Of a stretch of 64,000 bases of DNA, positions 9,653 to 17,812 are shown piece by piece. The stretch lies in the sequence record NC_048016.1; one strand, 5' to 3'. The notes under the pieces were generated by a model, which worked only from the letters and a program-made list of their open reading frames with translations, made no database searches and had not been told where the DNA came from. Position 1 is the first letter of the stretch. The number at the start of each line of letters is the position of its first letter. Both the position numbers and the translations under genes were made by a program.

Positions 9653-10551
9653 TGGGTATTAAATTGCAGTGGCCCTCCCAGAGCGCCAAAGGATTAAGTG
9701 CGATTGAGATTTATCGCACAACCGGTGTGACCCCGTCGCTTAACCGCAACAACTTGCCTGCCCCCTTGGCAACCCTTGCAGCGACAGCAACCGCGTACGA
9801 AGACACCACGGTGGTAGAAAAGACTGTCTACAACTATTGGGTCTGCAACGTGAAGAACGGTGAGCGTATCTTTACGGCCCCAATTCAACGGGGTTATTAT
9901 CTGGATACGGGTCCGGGGCCGACGGAGTTGAAGTACGGGAACTGGGATGCGGGTTACTTTGGCACCGTTGCCGTCAGTGACCTGTTTACCTTTCAGGAAA
10001 TGAACTCCCAACTGGGGATTTCTCTGTTCCAATACACGCCGGATTTCTATCACAAGTTTATCTTTAAAGGGCGCATTCTGTTCTACCCAAACATTCGGGT
10101 GATGGTTCAGACGTGGAGCAATGTCTACTTAGCGGGCTTAGCATGGGGCAGCAATGCGGTCGCCTACATTAAACCCAACGGTCCGGCAGACACCCCACAA
10201 GGTCGCACCGTCAGCAAGAATGGTCGAGCGTATAACGTCCGCTTGCCGTTCAGTGCGGAATACAGTGTGACCGGTGGCCCTACCCTCAGCCAAGATGCAA
10301 TTGCCAATTTGGGAGAGTGGCGAAACACGATGGAGCGGTTATTCCTCGTTCCTGGGACGATGTCGCGCTGGGGCAGTGCGCCGCCAGATTCCCCGAGTAA
10401 CACCTCGAGTCTCCAAACGACGATGTTTGCACAAGCCTACGGCACGGCTAATATCTGGGTGGAACTTGGGGGTGCGCCGCAGGCCATTACCACAAACACC
10501 CAAAACCAAGCGATGTCCACTATGCTGGTATTGGAATTGGTCTTACCGTAA
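9652..10551 (+). CDS. putative virion/tail protein, cassette gene C2
   Basis: 299 aa; MGIKLQWPSQ..IEIYR, LDTGPGP, terminal VLELVLP; start overlaps the upstream stop (TAATG). Confidence 0.65.
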   Translation: MGIKLQWPSQSAKGLSAIEIYRTTGVTPSLNRNNLPAPLATLAATATAYEDTTVVEKTVYNYWVCNVKNGERIFTAPIQRGYYLDTGPGPTELKYGNWDAGYFGTVAVSDLFTFQEMNSQLGISLFQYTPDFYHKFIFKGRILFYPNIRVMVQTWSNVYLAGLAWGSNAVAYIKPNGPADTPQGRTVSKNGRAYNVRLPFSAEYSVTGGPTLSQDAIANLGEWRNTMERLFLVPGTMSRWGSAPPDSPSNTSSLQTTMFAQAYGTANIWVELGGAPQAITTNTQNQAMSTMLVLELVLP

Positions 10552-10566
10552 CACAAATAAAAAGAA

Positions 10567-10606
10567 CTACTCTCCCCAAAGGGAGAGTAGCCTTTATTTC
10601 TTTTTT
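10567..10606. terminator. bidirectional terminator between convergent genes
   Basis: CTACTCTCCC-CAAA-GGGAGAGTAG with an A-run upstream and a T-run downstream. Confidence 0.8.
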
Positions 10607-10695
10607 CCACCACCGAGCAGACCGCCGACTGCGCCGACGACCGTCCCAACAGCAGAACCAACCCCACCCACGATGGCTGTGATGGGATCAGTCAC
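10594..10695 (-). CDS. possible 33-aa Gly/Val-rich micro-protein
   Basis: GTG-start ORF VTDPITAIVGGVGSAVGTVVGAVGGLLGGGKKK directly after the upstream stop; no clear RBS. Confidence 0.3.
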   Translation of the reverse strand: MTDPITAIVGGVGSAVGTVVGAVGGLLGGGKKK

Positions 10696-10699
10696 GGGC

Positions 10700-11209
10700 T
10701 TAGTTGAACCCGTTGAGTTCTCCGTTGGTGCCGGAGAGGTCGGTTTTGGCTTTGCTAATCGTCCACACCACAGCTTCACCGGGGAGAAATTTGGCGTGAC
10801 CGGCGTTGATAGCCACGGTCACGTCCGTTTTGGTTGCGTCTTCTGCGTTAGCATTAGAGGTGATGGTGATGTCAGACAGTGCCAGTGCATCGTCCGCGTG
10901 GTCTTGCTGGAGCATGGTGTTGAAATGCGCGAGCACTTCTTCATCCGTATCCCAGTTGGTCATTGAATCCTCAACCGGCATGTCGCCTTTGGCGTACGCC
11001 AGACGGTTGTAGGTCAGTTCTTTTGACCCAGCGAAGTTGGTGCTTGAACCTTTGGCTGTGATAGTCAGCTTGGTGTTCTTCGCATCTTCTTCAGCGGCTG
11101 CAACAACGGCAGCAAAGTCAACATCAGCCACGGTCAGTGGCGTCGGGAGGCTCGGGTTCGCTGCGTTAAACAGCTCAACCAACTGCTCCTGTGGGGTTTT
11201 AGTAGCCAT
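10700..11209 (-). CDS. putative virion structural protein (acidic, carries the shared N-terminal domain)
   Basis: 169 aa from MATKTPQEQ with RBS AGGGAAG; NTKLTITAKG...LTYNRL domain; ends LSGTNGELNGFN. Confidence 0.7.
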   Translation of the reverse strand: MATKTPQEQLVELFNAANPSLPTPLTVADVDFAAVVAAAEEDAKNTKLTITAKGSSTNFAGSKELTYNRLAYAKGDMPVEDSMTNWDTDEEVLAHFNTMLQQDHADDALALSDITITSNANAEDATKTDVTVAINAGHAKFLPGEAVVWTISKAKTDLSGTNGELNGFN

Positions 11210-11240
11210 CTCTCTTCCCTTTATAAAGTTGACAACGGTT

Positions 11241-11293
11241 GTCATAAAAAAGCCCAGTGGGTCAAAATAACGCAAGGCCCACTATAGTATGAC
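11241..11293. promoter_or_regulatory. divergent TATGAC motifs, candidate late (non-virion RNAP) promoters
   Basis: TATGAC on minus at 11241-11246 and on plus at 11288-11293; TATG is the established phiKZ late-promoter core. Confidence 0.4.
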
Positions 11294-11345
11294 CCGTATT
11301 TCCCGGGCAAAAAATAATCGAAAAGCTCACACAGAGGACAGTCTC

Positions 11346-11882
11346 ATGTTACGTTTTATTGCTGCATTTTTCGTTGCAATGTTGTTAGGGGGTTGCGCAC
11401 TTACCACAACCAATGGCCAGTTCTCGACGGCACCTGTCGCCCCAACGGACTTTGTAACGTACACCTGCACCGGTGCACAGGAGACCTTTGTCAACTGGCG
11501 ACCTGATGTGGCACAAGTTAAACTTTACCCGGTTGCCGTGACTGTTATCGACAACGGCAGCAATTGGGTAGCCACCTTCCCCGGTGGGAAAGTGGAATCG
11601 CCTCAGCTCTATAAAGATTTGCTCGGCAAAGTGGACGGCAGTGTTGACCTGTTACAAGGTACACGCTACTACCGCTTGAACACGACCCCGCCCACCTACT
11701 CGTACTCCACGGTTGACATGAGTGGGAACGGTTCGGGAGCCACCTTCTTTCGCTGTCAGGTAGGTACCGGTGACGCTGCTACTGCTGCTGCAACCCCTGC
11801 TTCTTCTCTTACTCCATCTGATGCTGCGCAAGCACCCGCATCTGCCCCTGCGGCTGTCGTAGCCCCGGTGGCGAACAAATAA
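11346..11882 (+). CDS. lipoprotein of unknown function
   Basis: MLRFIAAFFVAMLLGGC lipobox; RBS AGAGGA; Ala/Pro-rich C-terminal tail. Confidence 0.7.
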   Translation: MLRFIAAFFVAMLLGGCALTTTNGQFSTAPVAPTDFVTYTCTGAQETFVNWRPDVAQVKLYPVAVTVIDNGSNWVATFPGGKVESPQLYKDLLGKVDGSVDLLQGTRYYRLNTTPPTYSYSTVDMSGNGSGATFFRCQVGTGDAATAAATPASSLTPSDAAQAPASAPAAVVAPVANK

Positions 11883-11887
11883 AAGCA

Positions 11888-11927
11888 GTACCCCACTCCA
11901 ATGAGTGGGGTACCTTTCTTTTTTTAT
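11888..11927. terminator. bidirectional terminator
   Basis: GTACCCCACTC-CAAT-GAGTGGGGTAC plus a T-run, between convergent genes. Confidence 0.8.
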
Positions 11928-11981
11928 TTGCACACAGAACGCCCTGTAAGCCATTCTAAGCGCTTTACCGTAATAACCGTA

Positions 11982-12668
11982 CTACGCGACCGATTCCAAG
12001 TTAGCGTTCTCGAGAGCGATGCCTGGGTCGGTTAAGAAGGCACGTTTGATGTTGCGGTACTTCACGTTGGTGGCTTCACCGGATTCTAACGCGTGGCGTT
12101 CCCCGATTGGGACTGCCGGTTCAATGTACGGACGAAAGAACAGGTAGTTACGGGCGTACTCCACGGTAGACTCTTTGAACTCGGTGTAGTGGCAATCGGA
12201 GTTGTCATCGTTGTACGCTGACTGGCCGAAGAGGTGCACGGCATCGTAGAACGACGCTGCAATCGCCTCGCCCACACCGGTGGCTTGCATGGTGCGCAAG
12301 AACATCAAGTCCGCAAAGTCTTTATCCACGGCCCCACTTAACCGTCCTGCTGGGGTGTCCGGGTAGGTGGCTACCGACGGGCACTTCTGGTACAGGAGGT
12401 CGTGCAGACATGCCGCCACCGCCCACGGGCCATTGGGTTTCAACACCGACTGAAGCATATCCGGGATACTCGCCATATCGGTGACAAACCCACGGGGTAC
12501 TGTGATGTAGAACAGGTCATCAGGCAGCACACCCGTGAGCGACACCATACGGTCTAGCCCCGGGGCATTACGGTAGATTGTGCGTAGCGTAAACGGGTAG
12601 TGGAAATCCTGCGTCAGGATAAACCATTTCCCCTCCAACACTTTATAAGTGAAATCCATCGGGCTCAT
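11982..12668 (-). CDS. DUF1353 family protein
   Basis: 228 aa; VPRGFVTDMASIP...GPWAVAACLHDLLY and AD.MFL.TM...GV motifs typical of DUF1353. Confidence 0.75.
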   Translation of the reverse strand: MSPMDFTYKVLEGKWFILTQDFHYPFTLRTIYRNAPGLDRMVSLTGVLPDDLFYITVPRGFVTDMASIPDMLQSVLKPNGPWAVAACLHDLLYQKCPSVATYPDTPAGRLSGAVDKDFADLMFLRTMQATGVGEAIAASFYDAVHLFGQSAYNDDNSDCHYTEFKESTVEYARNYLFFRPYIEPAVPIGERHALESGEATNVKYRNIKRAFLTDPGIALENANLESVA

Positions 12669-12778
12669 TCTTCCACCTTGCCGAACAGGCGACTAATGAA
12701 CAACACCAAAGCGACTGCGCCCAATCCTTGTTGAACTACCGCAGGTTTTTCTTGTACAGCTGCTTCGGTCTTTCGCAT
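12665..12778 (-). CDS. 37-aa single-TM micro-protein (holin/antiholin candidate)
   Basis: MRKTEAAVQEKPAVVQQGLGAVALVLFISRLFGKVEE; RBS AGGGGGA; ATGA overlap with the DUF1353 start; not in the ORF track. Confidence 0.55.
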   Translation of the reverse strand: MRKTEAAVQEKPAVVQQGLGAVALVLFISRLFGKVEE

Positions 12779-12786
12779 GTTTCCCC

Positions 12787-13371
12787 CTAGCCAAATAAGG
12801 CCTTCGCGTAAGTACGCATTTCACCCCAGATGCGACCCAACCAACCGTAGGTGAAGGTCTCGTTCGCTTTACGCTTCTCAGAGATATCCACGTAGTGGTA
12901 GGTCTGCATCCCGGTCAAACCAACCAGCAGGTAATTCATGCCCTCTGCACCGCGTTTTGCGAAGAACGCTTTCAGTGCAGTCAGGGTCTTCGTTCCCATG
13001 CCTTTGTCAACCACGAGATCAGCGTAATGGGTCTCTTGGTTGTTCAGCACGTTCAGAAGACGTTGCAGAGATTCCACAGCGTTTGCACGACCGGCATTGA
13101 TAGCATAGTCGAACAGACGGTCAGCCAGAAGCGGATTGAGGGCGAGGATATCATCCAGATAAAGCTTGTTCCACCAAAGTTTAACATAGATGTCTAACGC
13201 CGTTGACTGTGGCATCGAGACCATGGGGCCGGTGTAGCCATAATCCAGTGCCGTTGCTTTTGTGATGCCCCAGATGGTTTCACCACCGAGGTCGTTCTTG
13301 TTGTTGACATATCCCGCCTCGATATTCACTTTGGCGCGGATGATGCCTTCTCGACTGAAACGGTCTGCCAT
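12787..13371 (-). CDS. endolysin, glycosyl hydrolase family 108 with PG_binding_3 domain
   Basis: 194 aa; EAGYVNNKNDLGGETIWGIT GH108 motif, then LFDYAINAG...LQRLLN and C-terminal NE.FTYGWL.R. Confidence 0.9.
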   Translation of the reverse strand: MADRFSREGIIRAKVNIEAGYVNNKNDLGGETIWGITKATALDYGYTGPMVSMPQSTALDIYVKLWWNKLYLDDILALNPLLADRLFDYAINAGRANAVESLQRLLNVLNNQETHYADLVVDKGMGTKTLTALKAFFAKRGAEGMNYLLVGLTGMQTYHYVDISEKRKANETFTYGWLGRIWGEMRTYAKALFG

Positions 13372-13413
13372 TACTCTTTCCTCTTTCTCTTTGTGATTCG
13401 CACTGCGCGAAAG

Positions 13414-13419
13414 GTCATA
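13414..13419 (-). promoter_or_regulatory. candidate late promoter (TATGAC) for the endolysin
   Basis: TATGAC about 45 nt upstream of the endolysin start, just downstream of a terminator. Confidence 0.4.
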
Positions 13420-13429
13420 ACAAACCGCA

Positions 13430-13463
13430 AATAAAAAGAAGAAAGGGTGCCCCGAAGGGCACC
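13430..13463 (-). terminator. rho-independent terminator ending the radical SAM operon
   Basis: On minus: GGTGCCC-TTCG-GGGCACC followed by a T-rich tract. Confidence 0.8.
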
Positions 13464-13467
13464 ACTG

Positions 13468-14109
13468 TTATTCTACCGACGGATTAAACTCCGCCGCGTC
13501 GAGTGAGGCGTAATCGCCCTGCTCCGCAAATGCACGGATACGGGTTTTGTACGCGGTCAACTGAACGTGCAGCTGTGCGTTACGTGCGACAATCAGAGAG
13601 TACAGCATCTCTGTGTCTTTCGCTTCCCACTCTTCCAGCGCTTGGTTATCGGCAGTCACCCAATACTCCGGCACGGTGTTCGTTTGCACGAAGCCGGCCA
13701 GGGTGGTCAGGGTCTCACCTGCGGTCTGGAACATGTGGTCTTTGTACGCAATGTCAGCCGTGACCGCTTCACCGTACGCTGCATTAGTGGCCTGAAGTTT
13801 CTTGGCCAGCAGAGTATAGCAATACGCTTTGGTCGACTGCAACTCTTTGAGGTAATCCTTCACCTGAATCCCCAACACGTCTTTGATAAACGTTTTGGTT
13901 TGGCGTAGGGTGTAGTTGGCTTCGAACTGGGTCTGCCCCTGCTCTTGCAACTGACGCAGTGCATCTTTCTCACTGAGTCCCTCTAAGAGTGCGTAGTGTA
14001 AACGCTTGGCCAGCGTGACATCGCCGTTGGGGTCAAAGAACAACCCGTTGCGGTCAATCTGGCCATCGCCGTTTTCAAACCGCGCTTTTATCTCGTCAGC
14101 ACTAAGCAT
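13468..14109 (-). CDS. DUF4376-like protein (tail-fibre associated)
   Basis: 213 aa; C-terminal HMFQT...YWVTADNQ...LY..IV.R...L...K.RI pattern resembles DUF4376. Confidence 0.6.
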   Translation of the reverse strand: MLSADEIKARFENGDGQIDRNGLFFDPNGDVTLAKRLHYALLEGLSEKDALRQLQEQGQTQFEANYTLRQTKTFIKDVLGIQVKDYLKELQSTKAYCYTLLAKKLQATNAAYGEAVTADIAYKDHMFQTAGETLTTLAGFVQTNTVPEYWVTADNQALEEWEAKDTEMLYSLIVARNAQLHVQLTAYKTRIRAFAEQGDYASLDAAEFNPSVE

Positions 14110-14636
14110 TCTTTCTCTCCCACGAATCCAACTTTGGTCAACATGTCATAGGACATGATTTCAAAGTCGATACGAAGATCCAGACGGTACTGCAAGTTCG
14201 GCAACGGCTGGTCATTTTCTTGGAACGCCTGCATGAACATCATGTCATCGAAGTAATGACACGCGCTCTCGGGGTTGCGCACCATCCAGACCGGGACATC
14301 CGGGAAGGACAGACACAGTGCCACCAGAGAATCACCGCCACGATCGATAGTGCCGGTACGCAGGATGTTTACCTTTGAAGCAGGGGCCGCCAGAATACGC
14401 GCTTCGAAACCCGGGTTACGCTTTTCGATTTCTGCTAACGAGTCGTGGCCGTTCTCCACGCACTGAATCGGCAGGACAACGTTAAGAGCAAAACGGTTAA
14501 TCAAACGCAGCCAGTGATCGTTGAAATCATCGGCAGGCACGATAGCGTGAATGTTAAACAGCTTATAATGCTGTAAGAACGCTTCGATTTTGCGACTATC
14601 GTACTTCGTAAAATTCTGGAGAAGCAGGCTTTTCAT
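14088..14636 (-). CDS. hypothetical protein in the radical SAM cassette
   Basis: 182 aa; overlaps both neighbours (41 and 22 nt). Confidence 0.6.
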   Translation of the reverse strand: MKSLLLQNFTKYDSRKIEAFLQHYKLFNIHAIVPADDFNDHWLRLINRFALNVVLPIQCVENGHDSLAEIEKRNPGFEARILAAPASKVNILRTGTIDRGGDSLVALCLSFPDVPVWMVRNPESACHYFDDMMFMQAFQENDQPLPNLQYRLDLRIDFEIMSYDMLTKVGFVGEKECLVLTR

Positions 14637-15993
14637 TCTTGAATTGTTCCTTGCGGTCAGTTTGTTCCACAGCCATGGTCATCTCACGGATGGCGGTGAC
14701 GTGTAAAGGCTGTTCTGCAGCTTCGCGGGTGAGTTTCTCTTCAACAGCAAAGTTGCGCTTCTGTTGGCACTGGTAACAGTTACAAACAGACTTGTCGTAC
14801 TGCGATTCGTACGACCCGAAACGTTGTTTCCACCACTGCGCCACTAAGAGCTTCGCGGTAGTCCAACCACACTGGCGACGTTCGCCGTGATACTCTTTAC
14901 GAGCGTCTTCTTCACCGTCGCCATTTTCATACGCCGCCGCCACGCACGAGGCACACAGGTGCTTCGCTGGGCAACCGATACACTGGTCAGGATACGACTT
15001 CCACTGTTCCTGAACTTCGGCCAGCAGTTTACCGCCGTCGGTGTTCACGATGGTTTGACCTTCGAGCTTACCGATGGCCTGACGGGTGGTTACCGTGGAC
15101 ATGAAGCGGTTACAACCGAAGATGTTACGGTCGAAGCCGAGACAAGTCATGTACACCGTGGTGCCGCAGTGCGGACGCAGACGTTGTGGGTCGTAGCGTA
15201 CAGAGTCATCATGGATGAGCTTCTCACGCCAGTCCGGGTTCCACAGTTGGTCAACATCCAGACCGTCCGGCAGCACGTGACCGATTTCAGAGTTCTGGTC
15301 TAAGTGCAGACCTTTCTCAATGAAATACTCCGCCACTTCGATGAACTGGTTGGCAATCTCGAGTGCCATCTGGCGCGGTAACACGTCTTCGAAAACGACG
15401 TTACCGTACAGACGACCGCCCCCGGTCACATCAATCAGCGACTTCATCCCAGCACCGTACTGCATCAGCGTTTCTTTCGTGAAGGTGGCTTTCACCCCAA
15501 TCTCACGAACACCGATTTCTTGCAGAAGCTTATAGCCGGCGACCGCTGCTTGGTAAGACCCTTGACGGGACGTGGTGAAGATACGGTACTTATCGTGGGT
15601 CTCGGGCAGACCATCGATAGAGACACCGATCGACAGGTAATCTTTCCAGCGATTCAGAATCTCCAGCGCCAGCGGTTTGTCAAACAACGTGCCGTTGGTG
15701 GAGATAGAGAACACGTAAGGCAGATTGTGCTTTTTGCACAGCTCTTCTGCGGTTTCGAAGGCCGCTTTCAGCAGCTTCGGCTGCATGAAGGGTTCGCCAC
15801 CGATGATATCGATGATGATACCGTCGATACCTTGGTTCTTCGAGAAGAAGCGATGTTTATCGCGATTAAAGCAGGCGTGAATAAAATCAACGACATCAGC
15901 GACTTTGTTATTACGCGGATACTTACGCTCGTAGCAATACTCACAGTCGAGGTTGCACGATAGGTTGGTGACTATCTGGTAGGTTGCATCCAT
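14596..15993 (-). CDS. radical SAM/SPASM-domain enzyme, probable CXXX-repeat peptide maturase
   Basis: 465 aa; CNLDCEYC (CxxxCxxC), IIGGEPF and STNG motifs; C-terminal Cys-rich SPASM-like region HCG...C...GCNRF...CIGCPAKHLCASC...CGW. Confidence 0.9.
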   Translation of the reverse strand: MDATYQIVTNLSCNLDCEYCYERKYPRNNKVADVVDFIHACFNRDKHRFFSKNQGIDGIIIDIIGGEPFMQPKLLKAAFETAEELCKKHNLPYVFSISTNGTLFDKPLALEILNRWKDYLSIGVSIDGLPETHDKYRIFTTSRQGSYQAAVAGYKLLQEIGVREIGVKATFTKETLMQYGAGMKSLIDVTGGGRLYGNVVFEDVLPRQMALEIANQFIEVAEYFIEKGLHLDQNSEIGHVLPDGLDVDQLWNPDWREKLIHDDSVRYDPQRLRPHCGTTVYMTCLGFDRNIFGCNRFMSTVTTRQAIGKLEGQTIVNTDGGKLLAEVQEQWKSYPDQCIGCPAKHLCASCVAAAYENGDGEEDARKEYHGERRQCGWTTAKLLVAQWWKQRFGSYESQYDKSVCNCYQCQQKRNFAVEEKLTREAAEQPLHVTAIREMTMAVEQTDRKEQFKNEKPASPEFYEVR

Positions 15994-16005
15994 CCCTATC
16001 TCCCC

Positions 16006-16890
16006 TTATTTTTTAATTGGATTAAGCCAGTTCATGATGTAACGGTAGCCGTGCTCACCGATGGCCAGTGCAATCTTGTTGCAGCCACGGTCCACGACCA
16101 TCTCAACGTTCTCAGGAACTTGCAGGTCGCCATTCGGTTGACTGACGATAATTTCACTACAGGCATTACACGCATCTTCTTCGAAGAACTTCTCGAGCTT
16201 GATGATGGTGTCACGCTTGTTAATGCGGTTGAGCTTACGCATGTTGTCTTGCAGACGCTCAAAGCCGTACACGAAGTTTAACACGTGGTCAGGCGACAGC
16301 ACTTTCTTCATCTGGTTATCGAACAGGTAGTTCATGCCGAGGAAACCAAGATGGTGAATGGCGTCTTGCATTTTCATCATGCCTTCGTGCCAGCGCATGT
16401 CCCCGATCTTCTCACGGGTTAACACTGACCAGAGGATAACGTTGTCCAGCTGGGCGATGACTTCAAACGCTTCGGTATCACCGGAACGAGCAAAGTCCAT
16501 TAAACCACGGGCATCATCTTCGTAACCGTCGATGGAGACCACAACACGATGGAAGGTTTTCAAAAACTCGACTTGCTCTAAACGTAACTTACGTCCGTTT
16601 GTGAAAAGATAGTGCACGGCAGAAGGACGTTCTACGCGCATCATCTCGACCGACTCGACGAGTTTACGGTAAGACAGTAACGGCTCACCCCCCGTCCAGA
16701 TGATCTCTTCCACACCGGGATTCTTTTTCAGTAACTCCATCATTGCCTCTTCATGGGTTTTACGAGACACGTCCCCTTTGACCATGTGAATCTCACCCGC
16801 ACAAAACGAACAATTGAGGTTACACTTCGACGTCAATGCTACGTTAATGGTCTTTGCAGGTGAGTAAACATCTTTACTTAACGTTCTCAT
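16006..16890 (-). CDS. second radical SAM protein (short C-terminus)
   Basis: 294 aa; CNLNCSFC, WTGGEPLL, FTNG, VVSIDG; only a short CNAC...GC tail. Confidence 0.85.
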   Translation of the reverse strand: MRTLSKDVYSPAKTINVALTSKCNLNCSFCAGEIHMVKGDVSRKTHEEAMMELLKKNPGVEEIIWTGGEPLLSYRKLVESVEMMRVERPSAVHYLFTNGRKLRLEQVEFLKTFHRVVVSIDGYEDDARGLMDFARSGDTEAFEVIAQLDNVILWSVLTREKIGDMRWHEGMMKMQDAIHHLGFLGMNYLFDNQMKKVLSPDHVLNFVYGFERLQDNMRKLNRINKRDTIIKLEKFFEEDACNACSEIIVSQPNGDLQVPENVEMVVDRGCNKIALAIGEHGYRYIMNWLNPIKK

Positions 16891-17800
16891 CCGTCATTCC
16901 GTACAGGCGACGTTGGAAAGAGAACAGTGGGTCGGTGTCTCGTACATCTTCACCCGCCTTTAACAGACGTGGTGAGCGATACGCATCGTACAGTGCGTTA
17001 AGAACGGATTGACGCTCACCCATGCGGATAAGGTCGTCCAGTTCAACCGGGGACGAAATAAACGGTTCCAGCGCAGCCTGTTGTTCGTCGGTGAACTCTT
17101 TCAGCTGTGACTGGAGCAGGAAGCGAATCAGTTTGCGATCATCCGCCGTGGAGTTCGGGACAGCGCCAAACTCAGTCTGACAGAGATAGGCCATCCACGG
17201 TTTACGGATGCGGAGTGTTTGCGCATGCGGGTCTGCGATGTAGACCCACTCTTGCTTCTCTGCATCCCATGCAAACTTATAACTAAACGCGAGTAAGTCT
17301 GCCAAGCAGTCGATATTCGCGGCTTCAAGGCCAGAGAACGGGTGATACATTTCACGGTCTTTCTCCACGCTTCCAGTGCCGGCTTCCACCAGTTTGAATA
17401 AGTGGGACCAGCTTCCGCAGTAATCGCTGCTGTAGCTACGCACGCACACCGGACGCATGCCGAGTTCTTTAAAGGACTCGAACATCAGTTCCAGTGGTGC
17501 ACTATAGTTCAGTACCGAATCTGTGAAAAAATACTTGTCGTTGACAAGCTTCCCGGTAAAACCAGAACCGCCTAAGGCGAACTGAATGGATTTCACGTTC
17601 AGCTTGCCCACCGTGGTCGCATCAATCACGGTGTACTCTTTTTTCGTAAAGTTGCGACCGCGAAGCTTAGGCCATTCAAACTGGTCCATGGCAATCAGCC
17701 GCAGCTCGTCGTTGATGTGTGCGTTAACACTGTCCGGTGACGAGATGTGAATTGGGTAATTCATGCTCGTGCGGTACGCAAGATGATCGTTACTCTTCAT
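16874..17800 (-). CDS. hypothetical protein in the radical SAM cassette
   Basis: 308 aa; RBS AGGGGA; 17-nt overlap with radical SAM 2; no family recognised. Confidence 0.7.
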   Translation of the reverse strand: MKSNDHLAYRTSMNYPIHISSPDSVNAHINDELRLIAMDQFEWPKLRGRNFTKKEYTVIDATTVGKLNVKSIQFALGGSGFTGKLVNDKYFFTDSVLNYSAPLELMFESFKELGMRPVCVRSYSSDYCGSWSHLFKLVEAGTGSVEKDREMYHPFSGLEAANIDCLADLLAFSYKFAWDAEKQEWVYIADPHAQTLRIRKPWMAYLCQTEFGAVPNSTADDRKLIRFLLQSQLKEFTDEQQAALEPFISSPVELDDLIRMGERQSVLNALYDAYRSPRLLKAGEDVRDTDPLFSFQRRLYGMTDENVK

Positions 17801-17812
17801 TAGGTTCCCCTG

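Noticed and set aside
10274-10966. 230-aa plus-strand ORF crossing a terminator
   Set aside because: It spans a bidirectional terminator and overlaps two better-supported genes, so it is a shadow ORF.
14596-16890. Interpretation of the rSAMs as NrdG, QueE, MoaA or anaerobic sulfatase maturases
   Set aside because: There is no adjacent NrdD, queuosine/7-deazaguanine, molybdopterin or sulfatase gene in the window, and the immediate neighbours are Cys-rich leader/core peptides. This is not formally excluded without an HMM search.
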